A stretch of 64,000 nt of DNA from Xanthobacteraceae bacterium (GTDB taxonomy: Bacteria; Pseudomonadota; Alphaproteobacteria; Rhizobiales; Xanthobacteraceae), in contig DATMGD010000009.1 of NCBI GenBank assembly GCA_035555855.1, positions 17,749 through 81,748 of the forward strand. The letters run 5' to 3'. The notes under the pieces are model-generated. The model had not been told where the DNA came from. It saw nothing but the letters and a program-made list of their open reading frames with translations, and made no database searches. The translations under genes were made by a program, and so were the position numbers. This document shows positions 56,771 to 64,000 of the stretch, in pieces (the stretch's first letter is position 1; each line of letters starts with the position of its first letter).

Positions 56771-57754
56771 ATGCCCGAGACGCGCAACTCCTCCGCCGCT
56801 CCGAAACGCGAACCCGGCCGCGGCCGCATTTACAATTCCATTATCGAAACGATCGGCGATACGCCGCTCGTCAAGCTGCACCGTCTGCCGCAAATGCGCG
56901 GCGTCAAGGCGAACATTCTGGCGAAGCTCGAATTCTTCAACCCGATCGCGAGCGTCAAGGATCGCATCGGCGTCGCGATGATCGAGGCACTCGAACGATC
57001 GGGCAAGCTCGACAAGGATACCGTGATCGTCGAGCCGACTTCCGGCAACACCGGCATTGCGCTCGCCTTCGTCGCCGCCGCCAAGGGCTACCGGCTGATC
57101 CTCGTCATGCCCGAGACGATGTCGCTCGAGCGCCGCAAGATGCTGCTGCTGCTCGGCGCCGAACTCGTGCTCACCGAAGGCGGCAAGGGCATGAAAGGCG
57201 CGGTCGCCCGCGCCGAGGAACTGCTGCGCGAATTGCCCAAGGCAGTGATGCCGCAGCAATTCAATAATAAAGCCAATCCCGATATTCATCGCCGCACCAC
57301 CGCCGAGGAAATCTGGAATGATACCGGGGGCGCGGTCGATGCCGTCATCAGCGGCGTCGGCACCGGCGGCACCATCAGCGGCGTCGGCGAAGTGTTGAAG
57401 GCGCGCAAGCCCGGCGTGCGGATGATCGCCGTCGAACCCGAGGACAGCGCAGTCCTCTCCGGCCGTGCGCCGGGACCGCACAAGATTCAGGGCATCGGCG
57501 CGGGATTCATCCCCGAAGTGCTCGACCGCAGCGTCATCGACGAGGTCGTGACGGTCGGCAACCAGACGGCTTTCGATACTGCCCGCGCGCTCGCACGCTA
57601 TGAGGGCATTCCGGGCGGCATTTCGTCGGGCGCGGCAGTGGCCGCGGCGATCGAAGTGGGTTCCCGCCCCGAGATGGCGGGGAAAAACATCGTCGTGGTG
57701 CTGCCTTCGTTTGCCGAGCGGTATCTTTCGACCCCGTTGTTTGAGGGACTCTAG
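56771..57754 (+). CDS. cysK: Cysteine synthase A (O-acetylserine sulfhydrylase)
   Basis: PLP-lysine motif [21 protein letters not shown], and [10 protein letters not shown]. Confidence 0.92.
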   Translation: MPETRNSSAAPKREPGRGRIYNSIIETIGDTPLVKLHRLPQMRGVKANILAKLEFFNPIASVKDRIGVAMIEALERSGKLDKDTVIVEPTSGNTGIALAFVAAAKGYRLILVMPETMSLERRKMLLLLGAELVLTEGGKGMKGAVARAEELLRELPKAVMPQQFNNKANPDIHRRTTAEEIWNDTGGAVDAVISGVGTGGTISGVGEVLKARKPGVRMIAVEPEDSAVLSGRAPGPHKIQGIGAGFIPEVLDRSVIDEVVTVGNQTAFDTARALARYEGIPGGISSGAAVAAAIEVGSRPEMAGKNIVVVLPSFAERYLSTPLFEGL

Positions 57755-57943
57755 ATCTCAACCTTACGGCTCGAATCCGGTCGAAGTCTTCCGGCATCGC
57801 TCGCGAGGTTTCTCGGCTTTTTGCCGCCATTTCCCGCATTTTCGCTTCTGTCCCAAGTTGGGCCAGTTGTAGAGTGGGCGGATGATTCGCGGCTCTTTGG
57901 GCTGCGGGCTCTTCAGCGCCGAGCGGCGGCGGAACGAGAGAGC

Positions 57944-60493
57944 ATGGCGGGAATGGCAGAACGGGCCGGAACGGACCGCGCATTTTGGCGCGCGATTGAA
58001 CGGAAAGCGTTGAAGGCTGCCGGCCTGCTCGTTTGCGCGGGTATTTTGCTTGCCTCGCTCGGCAATGCTGCTTCGGCGCAAGCCGTGTCTCAAGAAGCGC
58101 CGACGCTCCAGAATATCGTTCACTCGCTTCTCAATCTTGACCGTCACCAGCTCGCGCAGCTCGCCCTGACGCTCGGCATTCTGGTGTTCGCGGTGACGAC
58201 GGCGATCGCGCTCGTGCGTACCCGCGACCGCATGAACCTGCATCTTGCCAGCGCCAAGCGGGAGATCGCGCTCCTGCGCGACGAAGCCGACCGCGCGATG
58301 ACGCTTCTCCTGGGCGATCCGCAGATCATCATCATCTGGCGCGAGCCGCAGAAGGCCCCGCTGATCCTCGGCGACGTCGGCAATGTCACCGGCGTCGAAG
58401 CGGCGCGCCGCATTCTTGCTTTCGGCACATGGCTCGGTGTCGAGGAAGCGCACCGGCTGGAAGCTGCCGTTGACGGCTTGCGCCAGCGCGGCGAAGCTTT
58501 TTCGCTCACGCTCACGACGCCGCGCGGCCGCTATCTCGAGGCCGAAGGCCGCCCGATCGGCGCTTCCGCCGTGTTGCGCTTTCGCGATCTCACCGGCGTG
58601 CGGCTCGAATACGCGACGCTTTCCGAACAGCTCAAGCGTTTCGAGCGCGAAGTCGAGCAGATGCGCGCGCTTCTCGAAGTCGTGCCGACGCCGATCTGGC
58701 TGCACGACGCCAAGGGCAAGCTCGTGTTCGCGAACGCCGCTTATGCCCGCGCCGTCGAAGCCGCGGACGCGCAGGACGCCGTCGCGCGCGGGTTGGAGCT
58801 GCTCGACCAGAGCGCGCGTAACGACGCGGCGAAGGCCGCTGCCGCCAACCAGATCTTCACCAGGCGGCTGCCCGCCGTCATCGCCGGCGCACGCCGCATC
58901 CTCGATGTCATTGAAGTCGGCGGCCTGCGCGGCGCGGCAGGCATCGGTCTCGACGCCACCGAAGCCGAAACGGTGCGCGCCGAGCTTGCCCGCATCGTCT
59001 CGGCGCACCGCCGCACGCTTGACGAATTGCCGATTGCGGTCGCGATCTTCAATGCCGAGCAGCAGCTCGTTTTCCATAACGCCGCCTATCGCGCGCTGTT
59101 CCGTTTCGATGTGAACTTCCTCGACGAGCGGCCGAGCGACTCGGCCATCCTCGACCGCTTGCGCGCCGACCGGCAGTTGCCGGAACAGGCCGATTTCAAG
59201 AGCTGGAAGGCGCAGCTGTTCGAGGCCTATCGCGCGATCGAATCGAAGGAACACTGGTGGCACATGCCCGGCGGCCGCGTTCTTCGCGTCGTCACCAATC
59301 CGAATCCCGAAGGCGGCGTCACGTATCTCTTCGACGACATCACCGAACGCATTCAGCTTGAGAGCCGCTACAACGCGCTGATCCACACCCAGGGCGAAAC
59401 GCTCGACGCGCTCGCCGAGGCCGTCGCCGTGTTCGGCTCCAACGGCCGGCTCAAACTTTATAATTCCGCGTTCCTGTCGCTCTGGAAGATCTCGGCGAAA
59501 GCCGCCGCCGAACATCCGCACATCGACAAGCTTGCCGCTTCGTGCAGGCCGCTGCTCAATGGCGACGATTCCCTCACCGCCTGGGAGACGATGCAGCTTG
59601 CGATCACCGGCCTTGACCGCAACTCGTTCTCGGGATTGCGCCTCGAATGCACCGACGGCCGCATGCTGGAATGCACGGCGGTGCCGCTGCCCGACGGCGG
59701 CTCGCTCGTCACCTTCCGCGATGTCAGCGACAGCGTCCGCTTCGAGCGCGCGCTGACCGAACGCAACGAAGCGCTCGTCGCCGCCGATGTCCTGAAGAAC
59801 GATTTCGTCCAGCACGTTTCCTACGAGCTGCGCTCGCCCCTCACCACCATCATCGGTTTCGGGCAGTTGCTCGACAATCCCGCGATCGGGCCGCTCACCG
59901 ACAAGCAGCGCGAATATATCGATCACATCACGCAGTCGAGCACGGCGCTCCTCGCCATCATCGACGACATTCTTGATCTGGCGACGATCGATGCCGGCGC
60001 CATGCAACTCGACCTCGGCGAGGTCGACATCCGCTCCACCATGGCCGCCGCAGCCGAAGGCATTCGCGACCGGCTCAACGACGGCAACATCGCGCTCGAC
60101 ATGAAAGCGCCCGCCAATATCGGGAGCTTTACGGCCGACCCAAAGCGGGTGCGGCAGATCCTGTTCAACCTGATGTCGAACGCGATCGGCTTTTCGCCGG
60201 CGGGCGAGACGGTGACGCTTTCGGCCGAGCGCCAGAACGACAACATCGTCTTCCGCGTCATCGACAAGGGCCCCGGCATCCCGCCCGAGATCAAAACGCG
60301 GCTTTTCGGGCTGTTTGAGAGCTATCCGCGCGGTTCGCGCCATCGTGGCGCCGGATTGGGGCTTGCTATTGTCCGCTCGCTGATGGCGCTTCACGGCGGC
60401 AGTGTTGCAATCGACTCAGAACCCGGACAAGGAACGGTGGTCAGTTGTATATTCCCCGCCACCGCTCGTGCCCACAGCGAGGCGGCCGAGTAA
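57944..60493 (+). CDS. Membrane-anchored multi-PAS sensor histidine kinase
   Basis: Two hydrophobic segments (LLVCAGILLASLG; LALTLGILVFAVTTAIALV) are separated by about 20-25 aa. A long PAS-like cytoplasmic region follows. Kinase motifs are H-box HVSYELRSPLTTIIGF, N-box LFNLMSNAIGFS, G1 VIDKGPGIP and G2 GAGLGLAIV. ATG 57944 (after GAGAGAG) is preferred to 57821. Confidence 0.85.
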   Translation: MAGMAERAGTDRAFWRAIERKALKAAGLLVCAGILLASLGNAASAQAVSQEAPTLQNIVHSLLNLDRHQLAQLALTLGILVFAVTTAIALVRTRDRMNLHLASAKREIALLRDEADRAMTLLLGDPQIIIIWREPQKAPLILGDVGNVTGVEAARRILAFGTWLGVEEAHRLEAAVDGLRQRGEAFSLTLTTPRGRYLEAEGRPIGASAVLRFRDLTGVRLEYATLSEQLKRFEREVEQMRALLEVVPTPIWLHDAKGKLVFANAAYARAVEAADAQDAVARGLELLDQSARNDAAKAAAANQIFTRRLPAVIAGARRILDVIEVGGLRGAAGIGLDATEAETVRAELARIVSAHRRTLDELPIAVAIFNAEQQLVFHNAAYRALFRFDVNFLDERPSDSAILDRLRADRQLPEQADFKSWKAQLFEAYRAIESKEHWWHMPGGRVLRVVTNPNPEGGVTYLFDDITERIQLESRYNALIHTQGETLDALAEAVAVFGSNGRLKLYNSAFLSLWKISAKAAAEHPHIDKLAASCRPLLNGDDSLTAWETMQLAITGLDRNSFSGLRLECTDGRMLECTAVPLPDGGSLVTFRDVSDSVRFERALTERNEALVAADVLKNDFVQHVSYELRSPLTTIIGFGQLLDNPAIGPLTDKQREYIDHITQSSTALLAIIDDILDLATIDAGAMQLDLGEVDIRSTMAAAAEGIRDRLNDGNIALDMKAPANIGSFTADPKRVRQILFNLMSNAIGFSPAGETVTLSAERQNDNIVFRVIDKGPGIPPEIKTRLFGLFESYPRGSRHRGAGLGLAIVRSLMALHGGSVAIDSEPGQGTVVSCIFPATARAHSEAAE

Positions 60494-60518
60494 AGTAAAC
60501 GAGTTTAGCGAGCCTGAT

Positions 60519-62108
60519 GTGCCGAGCCCGACCGCCGCGCGTACGATCTGGGATATTGTGCTGCCTGACGAGACCGCGACCGGGCGTCTCGCATCGGATA
60601 TTGCACTCGCGCTCCAGCCCAACGATCTGGTGACGCTTTCGGGCGATCTCGGCGCCGGAAAAACGACCGTCGCGCGCGCCATCATCCGTACGCTCGCCGA
60701 TGACGAAACGGTCGAAGTCCCGAGCCCGACCTTCACGCTTTTGCAGCTTTACGATTTGCCGCGCTTTCCCGTGGTGCATGCCGACCTCTACCGCGTCACG
60801 ACGCTTGCCGAGCTTTCCGAGCTTGGCTGGGAAGAAGCGGCAGACGGTGCCGCCGTCATGGTCGAATGGCCCGAGCGCGCGAGCGCGTTCATTCAGGCGG
60901 ACCGGCTCGACGTTTCGCTGTCGCTCGCGCTCGAATACGGCCCCGACGCGCGGCAGGTACGGCTCACCGGCTTCGGCAGCTGGGCCGAGCGGCTGACGCG
61001 CTTTCGCGCCGTGCGCGAACTTCTGGACAGCGCCGGATTTGGCGGCGCCGAACGCATCCCGGTCCAGGGCGACGCTTCGACCCGCAGTTACGAGCGGCTG
61101 CTGCTGCATCCGGGCAGCGCCATCTTGATGAACTCGCCGCGGCGGCCCGATGGCCCGCCGATCAGGAACGGCAAGCCCTACAGCGCAATCGCGCATCTTG
61201 CCGAAGACGTGAAACCGTTCGTCGCGCTGGCGCGAGCCTTGCGCGAGCGCGGTTTCAGCGCGCCGGAGATTTACGCCGCCGACATCGATAACGGCCTTCT
61301 GCTGCTCGAAGATCTCGGCGTCGACGGCATGGTTACGCGCACCGACCCGCCAATGCCGATCGAGCATCTTTACGCTTCGGCCGTCGACGTGCTGGTCGCC
61401 CTGCACACACAAGAGCTGCCGTCGAAGCTGCCGGTCTCGCCGCGCATCGAACACATCATTCCGTCCTACGATCTCGATGCCTTTACGGTCGAAATCGAGC
61501 TGATGCTGGATTGGTATCTGCCCTATCGCGGCGCGCCGCGACCGACGCCAGAAGTGCGCGATTATTTCATCGGCATGTGGAAGGCGGCGCTCGCCGAGGT
61601 GATGACCGCGCCCAAAACCTGGGTGCTGCGCGATTATCACTCGCCCAATCTTCTGTGGCTGCCGGCCCGCGAAGGCAATGCGCAAGTCGGCCTGCTCGAC
61701 TTCCAGGATGCCGTCATGGGCCCCGCCGCCTATGACGTCGCCTCGCTCCTGATGGACGCGCGCGTCGATATTCCCCACGAACTCGAGATCACGCTATTGT
61801 CGCGCTACGCAGTCGGCCGCAGCACGACCGATGCGAATTTCGATCCCAACGAATTCGCGCGTCATTACGTGACGCTTGGCGCACAGCGCGCCACGAAAAT
61901 TCTCGGCATCTTCGCCCGCCTCGCGAAGCGAGACGGCAAGCCGCAATATCTCGCGCATCTGCCGCGCGTATGGAATTACCTGATGCGCGCTCTCGCGCAT
62001 CCTTCGCTCGGGCAGTTGAACGCTTGGTATCATGCGCACGTGCCGCCGCCAGATGCGCCGGCAGCCGGTGTCGAAGCCTCGGCGGATCAGCCGCAGCCGG
62101 TCCCGTGA
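60519..62108 (+). CDS. tsaE: Fusion protein: TsaE (t6A ATPase) N-terminal domain plus aminoglycoside-phosphotransferase-fold kinase (AmgK-like) C-terminal domain
   Basis: The N-terminal part has the TsaE P-loop LSGDLGAGKTTVARAII and HADLYR. The C-terminal ~370 aa has kinase-fold motifs (RDYHSPNLLWL, LLDFQDA). GTG 60519 is proposed because the ORF extension from 60402 overlaps the kinase gene. Confidence 0.8.
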   Translation: MPSPTAARTIWDIVLPDETATGRLASDIALALQPNDLVTLSGDLGAGKTTVARAIIRTLADDETVEVPSPTFTLLQLYDLPRFPVVHADLYRVTTLAELSELGWEEAADGAAVMVEWPERASAFIQADRLDVSLSLALEYGPDARQVRLTGFGSWAERLTRFRAVRELLDSAGFGGAERIPVQGDASTRSYERLLLHPGSAILMNSPRRPDGPPIRNGKPYSAIAHLAEDVKPFVALARALRERGFSAPEIYAADIDNGLLLLEDLGVDGMVTRTDPPMPIEHLYASAVDVLVALHTQELPSKLPVSPRIEHIIPSYDLDAFTVEIELMLDWYLPYRGAPRPTPEVRDYFIGMWKAALAEVMTAPKTWVLRDYHSPNLLWLPAREGNAQVGLLDFQDAVMGPAAYDVASLLMDARVDIPHELEITLLSRYAVGRSTTDANFDPNEFARHYVTLGAQRATKILGIFARLAKRDGKPQYLAHLPRVWNYLMRALAHPSLGQLNAWYHAHVPPPDAPAAGVEASADQPQPVP

Positions 62109-62827
62109 GCGCGGGCGCTTTTCCCAAAACAGCGATGGTGCTTGCCGCCGGCATCGGCAAGCGCATGCGGCCGCTGACCGACACGAGGCCGAAACCGATG
62201 GTCGAAGTCGCAGGCCGCATGCTGATCGACCATAATCTAGATCGGCTCGCCGCTGCGGGCGTCACGACCGCGGTCGTGAACCTTCATCATTTCGGCGATC
62301 TTCTGGAGGCGCATCTCAAGCCGCGCACTGCGCCGAGAATTATTTTCTCCGACGAGCGGGCAATGCTGCTCGATACCGGCGGCGGCATCGCGGGCGCCCT
62401 GCCGCAGCTTGGCGGCGCGCCGTTTTTTCTGGTCAATTCCGACAGCCTGTGGTGTGAGCGCGATTCCAATCTTGCGCGCCTTGCGGACTTCTTCGATCCG
62501 GCCAGGATGGATGCGCTCCTCTTGCTGGCGCGCCCGGAAAATACCGTCGGCTACGAAGGGCACGGCGATTACTTCCTGAATGGCGACGGCGGGCTCCGCC
62601 GCCGCGCCGCTACTGAAACCGCCCCCTTTACCTACGCGGGCGGCGCGATCCTTTCGCCACAGTTATTCGACGGCGCGCCCTCCGGCGCCTTCCCGCTGCT
62701 GCCGCTGTTCAATCGCGCTGAATCGAGCGGGCGGCTCTTTGGCCTCGAGCTTGCCGGAAAATTCCTGCATGTCGGCACGCCTTCTGCCATCGCGCCGGCG
62801 GAAGCGGCGCTTCGTCAACACGGCTGA
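62105..62827 (+). CDS. Sugar-1-phosphate nucleotidyltransferase (MurU-like)
   Basis: N-terminal nucleotidyltransferase motif MVLAAGIGKRMRPLTDTRPKPMV. The GTG start overlaps the stop of the upstream kinase fusion (GTGA), and ATG 62135 is an alternative. Confidence 0.75.
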   Translation: MSAGAFPKTAMVLAAGIGKRMRPLTDTRPKPMVEVAGRMLIDHNLDRLAAAGVTTAVVNLHHFGDLLEAHLKPRTAPRIIFSDERAMLLDTGGGIAGALPQLGGAPFFLVNSDSLWCERDSNLARLADFFDPARMDALLLLARPENTVGYEGHGDYFLNGDGGLRRRAATETAPFTYAGGAILSPQLFDGAPSGAFPLLPLFNRAESSGRLFGLELAGKFLHVGTPSAIAPAEAALRQHG

Positions 62828-62872
62828 AATCGACGTGTAAAAATTGTTGCGAAGACATGCCACAATAGCGGC

Positions 62873-64000
62873 ATGAGCGACTCGCCTGCCCGCGTCTACA
62901 CCATCCCTCCTTCCGCGCCGTTCCTGCCAACGCTCGCCGAGGCGCTGGTGGAAGGCCGCCTGATCCCCGGGTTTCGCCCCAAGGACGACCCGCTCATCCT
63001 CGCCAACGCCACCGTTTTTCTGCCGACGCGGCGTGCGGTGCGCATTTTCTCGTCGAGCCTGCTCGAGGCGATCGGGCAAGATGCGTTGATCCTGCCGCGT
63101 ATTCTGCCGCTCGGCGGCGTTGACGAAGACGAATTCGCATTCGAGGAAAATGGCGCCGATCTGCCGCCGGCCATTCCCGCGACGGGGCGGCGGCTCGTGC
63201 TTGCCCAGCTCATCTTGCAGTGGGCGCGTGCGAGCGGCGCCGAAGAGCGGCTGATTGCGTCAACGCCTGCCGCCTCGCTCGCCTTCGCTGATGAGCTTGC
63301 GCATGTGCTCGACGACCTCACCATCGCCGGCGTGCCGCACGAAAAGCTTGTTGAGGCCGTGCCGCACGATTTTGACCGCTATTGGGAAACGTCGCGCGCC
63401 TTTCTCAACATCATCTGGCGCGAGTGGCCGAATATTCTGCGCGAGCAGAACCAGATCGATCCGACCGAACGGCGCGAGCGGCTGCTCGCCCGCGAAACGA
63501 AGCGGCTGGCTGCCGCTTCCGGCGGACCGGTGATCGCAGCAGGTTCGACCGGCTCGCTGCCTTCGGTCGCGCGGCTCCTGAACGTGATCGCCCGGCGAAA
63601 AGACGGCGCCGTCGTGCTGCCGGGTCTCGACCAGCTTCTTGACGAGAAGTCCTTCGCGCAGATCGGCAGCGACGTTGAGATGGATTCCGCACAAGGCCAT
63701 CCGCAATACGGCCTGCAGCGCTTGCTCGGTGAATTCGGCCTCAAGCGCGGCGATGTCGTTTCGCTGGCGGCGCCATTCCTGCCAGCGCGAGAAAGGCTGC
63801 TATCGGAAGCCTTCCGACCGGCTAGCGCCACCGATCACTGGCAGGCGAATACGATCGGCGTTGACGCGCTCGATGATGTGACGCTCATCGAGGCGGCGGA
63901 CCCGCGCGAAGAAGCGCTGGCGATCGCCGTCGCACTGCGGGAAGCGCTGGCGCAGAAAATTCGCTACAGCGCGCTGATTACGCCCGACCGGGCGCTCGCC
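62873..64000 (+). CDS. addB: Double-strand break repair protein AddB (alphaproteobacterial type), 5' part; continues beyond window
   Basis: This ORF is not in the supplied track because it has no stop in the window. My translation from ATG 62873 reads MSDSPARVYTIPPSAPFLPTLAEALVEGRLIPGF...ATVFLPTRRAVRIF. It stays open for 376 codons to the window end, and the N-terminus matches what I recall of AddB in alphaproteobacteria. Confidence 0.7.
   Translation, partial: MSDSPARVYTIPPSAPFLPTLAEALVEGRLIPGFRPKDDPLILANATVFLPTRRAVRIFSSSLLEAIGQDALILPRILPLGGVDEDEFAFEENGADLPPAIPATGRRLVLAQLILQWARASGAEERLIASTPAASLAFADELAHVLDDLTIAGVPHEKLVEAVPHDFDRYWETSRAFLNIIWREWPNILREQNQIDPTERRERLLARETKRLAAASGGPVIAAGSTGSLPSVARLLNVIARRKDGAVVLPGLDQLLDEKSFAQIGSDVEMDSAQGHPQYGLQRLLGEFGLKRGDVVSLAAPFLPARERLLSEAFRPASATDHWQANTIGVDALDDVTLIEAADPREEALAIAVALREALAQKIRYSALITPDRALA

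Noticed and set aside
57764-60394. 876-aa ORF antisense to the histidine kinase. Similar long antisense ORFs occur at 26430-27920, 42346-43443, 34732-36342, 9200-10297 and 14220-15557.
   Set aside because: All overlap strongly supported genes on the other strand and show Arg/Gly/Asp-rich, motif-free translations. None has an independent start context.

Overview
The window is a high-G+C alphaproteobacterial chromosome segment. Gene order is typical of Hyphomicrobiales/Rhizobiales, but I cannot assign a genus from sequence alone. It is densely packed with conserved housekeeping genes. I support about 56 protein-coding genes. Left to right these are: an SsuC/SsuB-like ABC transporter (5' truncated), an OsmC-like protein, mutS, maeB, a PfkB kinase and trpS. 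Next comes the conserved string tsaB-rimI-fur-acyltransferase-miaB-phoH-ybeY-corC-lnt, followed by an XRE regulator, metK and trmB. The rimP-nusA-ylxR-infB-rbfA-truB-rpsO-pnp block follows, then a Crp/Fnr regulator, divergent oxyR/katG, and fabI-fabB-fabA divergent from irr. After a 2-hydroxyacid dehydrogenase and a MoeB/ThiF-like gene comes the replication cluster gyrB-recF-dnaN-dnaA preceded by rpsT. The right end holds an enoyl-CoA hydratase, mutM, ubiE-ubiB, coaBC-dut-Rrf2-cysK, a multi-PAS histidine kinase, a TsaE/kinase fusion with a MurU-like nucleotidyltransferase, and the 5' part of addB. I saw no rRNA, tRNA, CRISPR array, transposase, integrase, phage or recognisable defence genes, so this looks like core rather than accessory DNA, and I found no convincing evidence of a novel multi-gene system. 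The parts the gene list does not fully explain are: (i) a 982-nt ORF-poor, A/T-enriched spacer between rpsT and dnaA; (ii) a promoter-like element plus a strong intrinsic terminator just upstream of rimP-nusA, which could be a leader attenuator or a small RNA; (iii) a heavily structured rpsO-pnp spacer with mutually exclusive helices; (iv) a TsaE domain fused to an AmgK-like kinase and translationally coupled to a MurU-like gene; (v) a cysteine-poor Rrf2 regulator placed between dut and cysK; and (vi) several perfect palindromes in divergent promoter regions. Product calls rest on motifs I could read in the supplied translations and on conserved synteny. No database search was possible, and start codons are my best choice among in-frame candidates.
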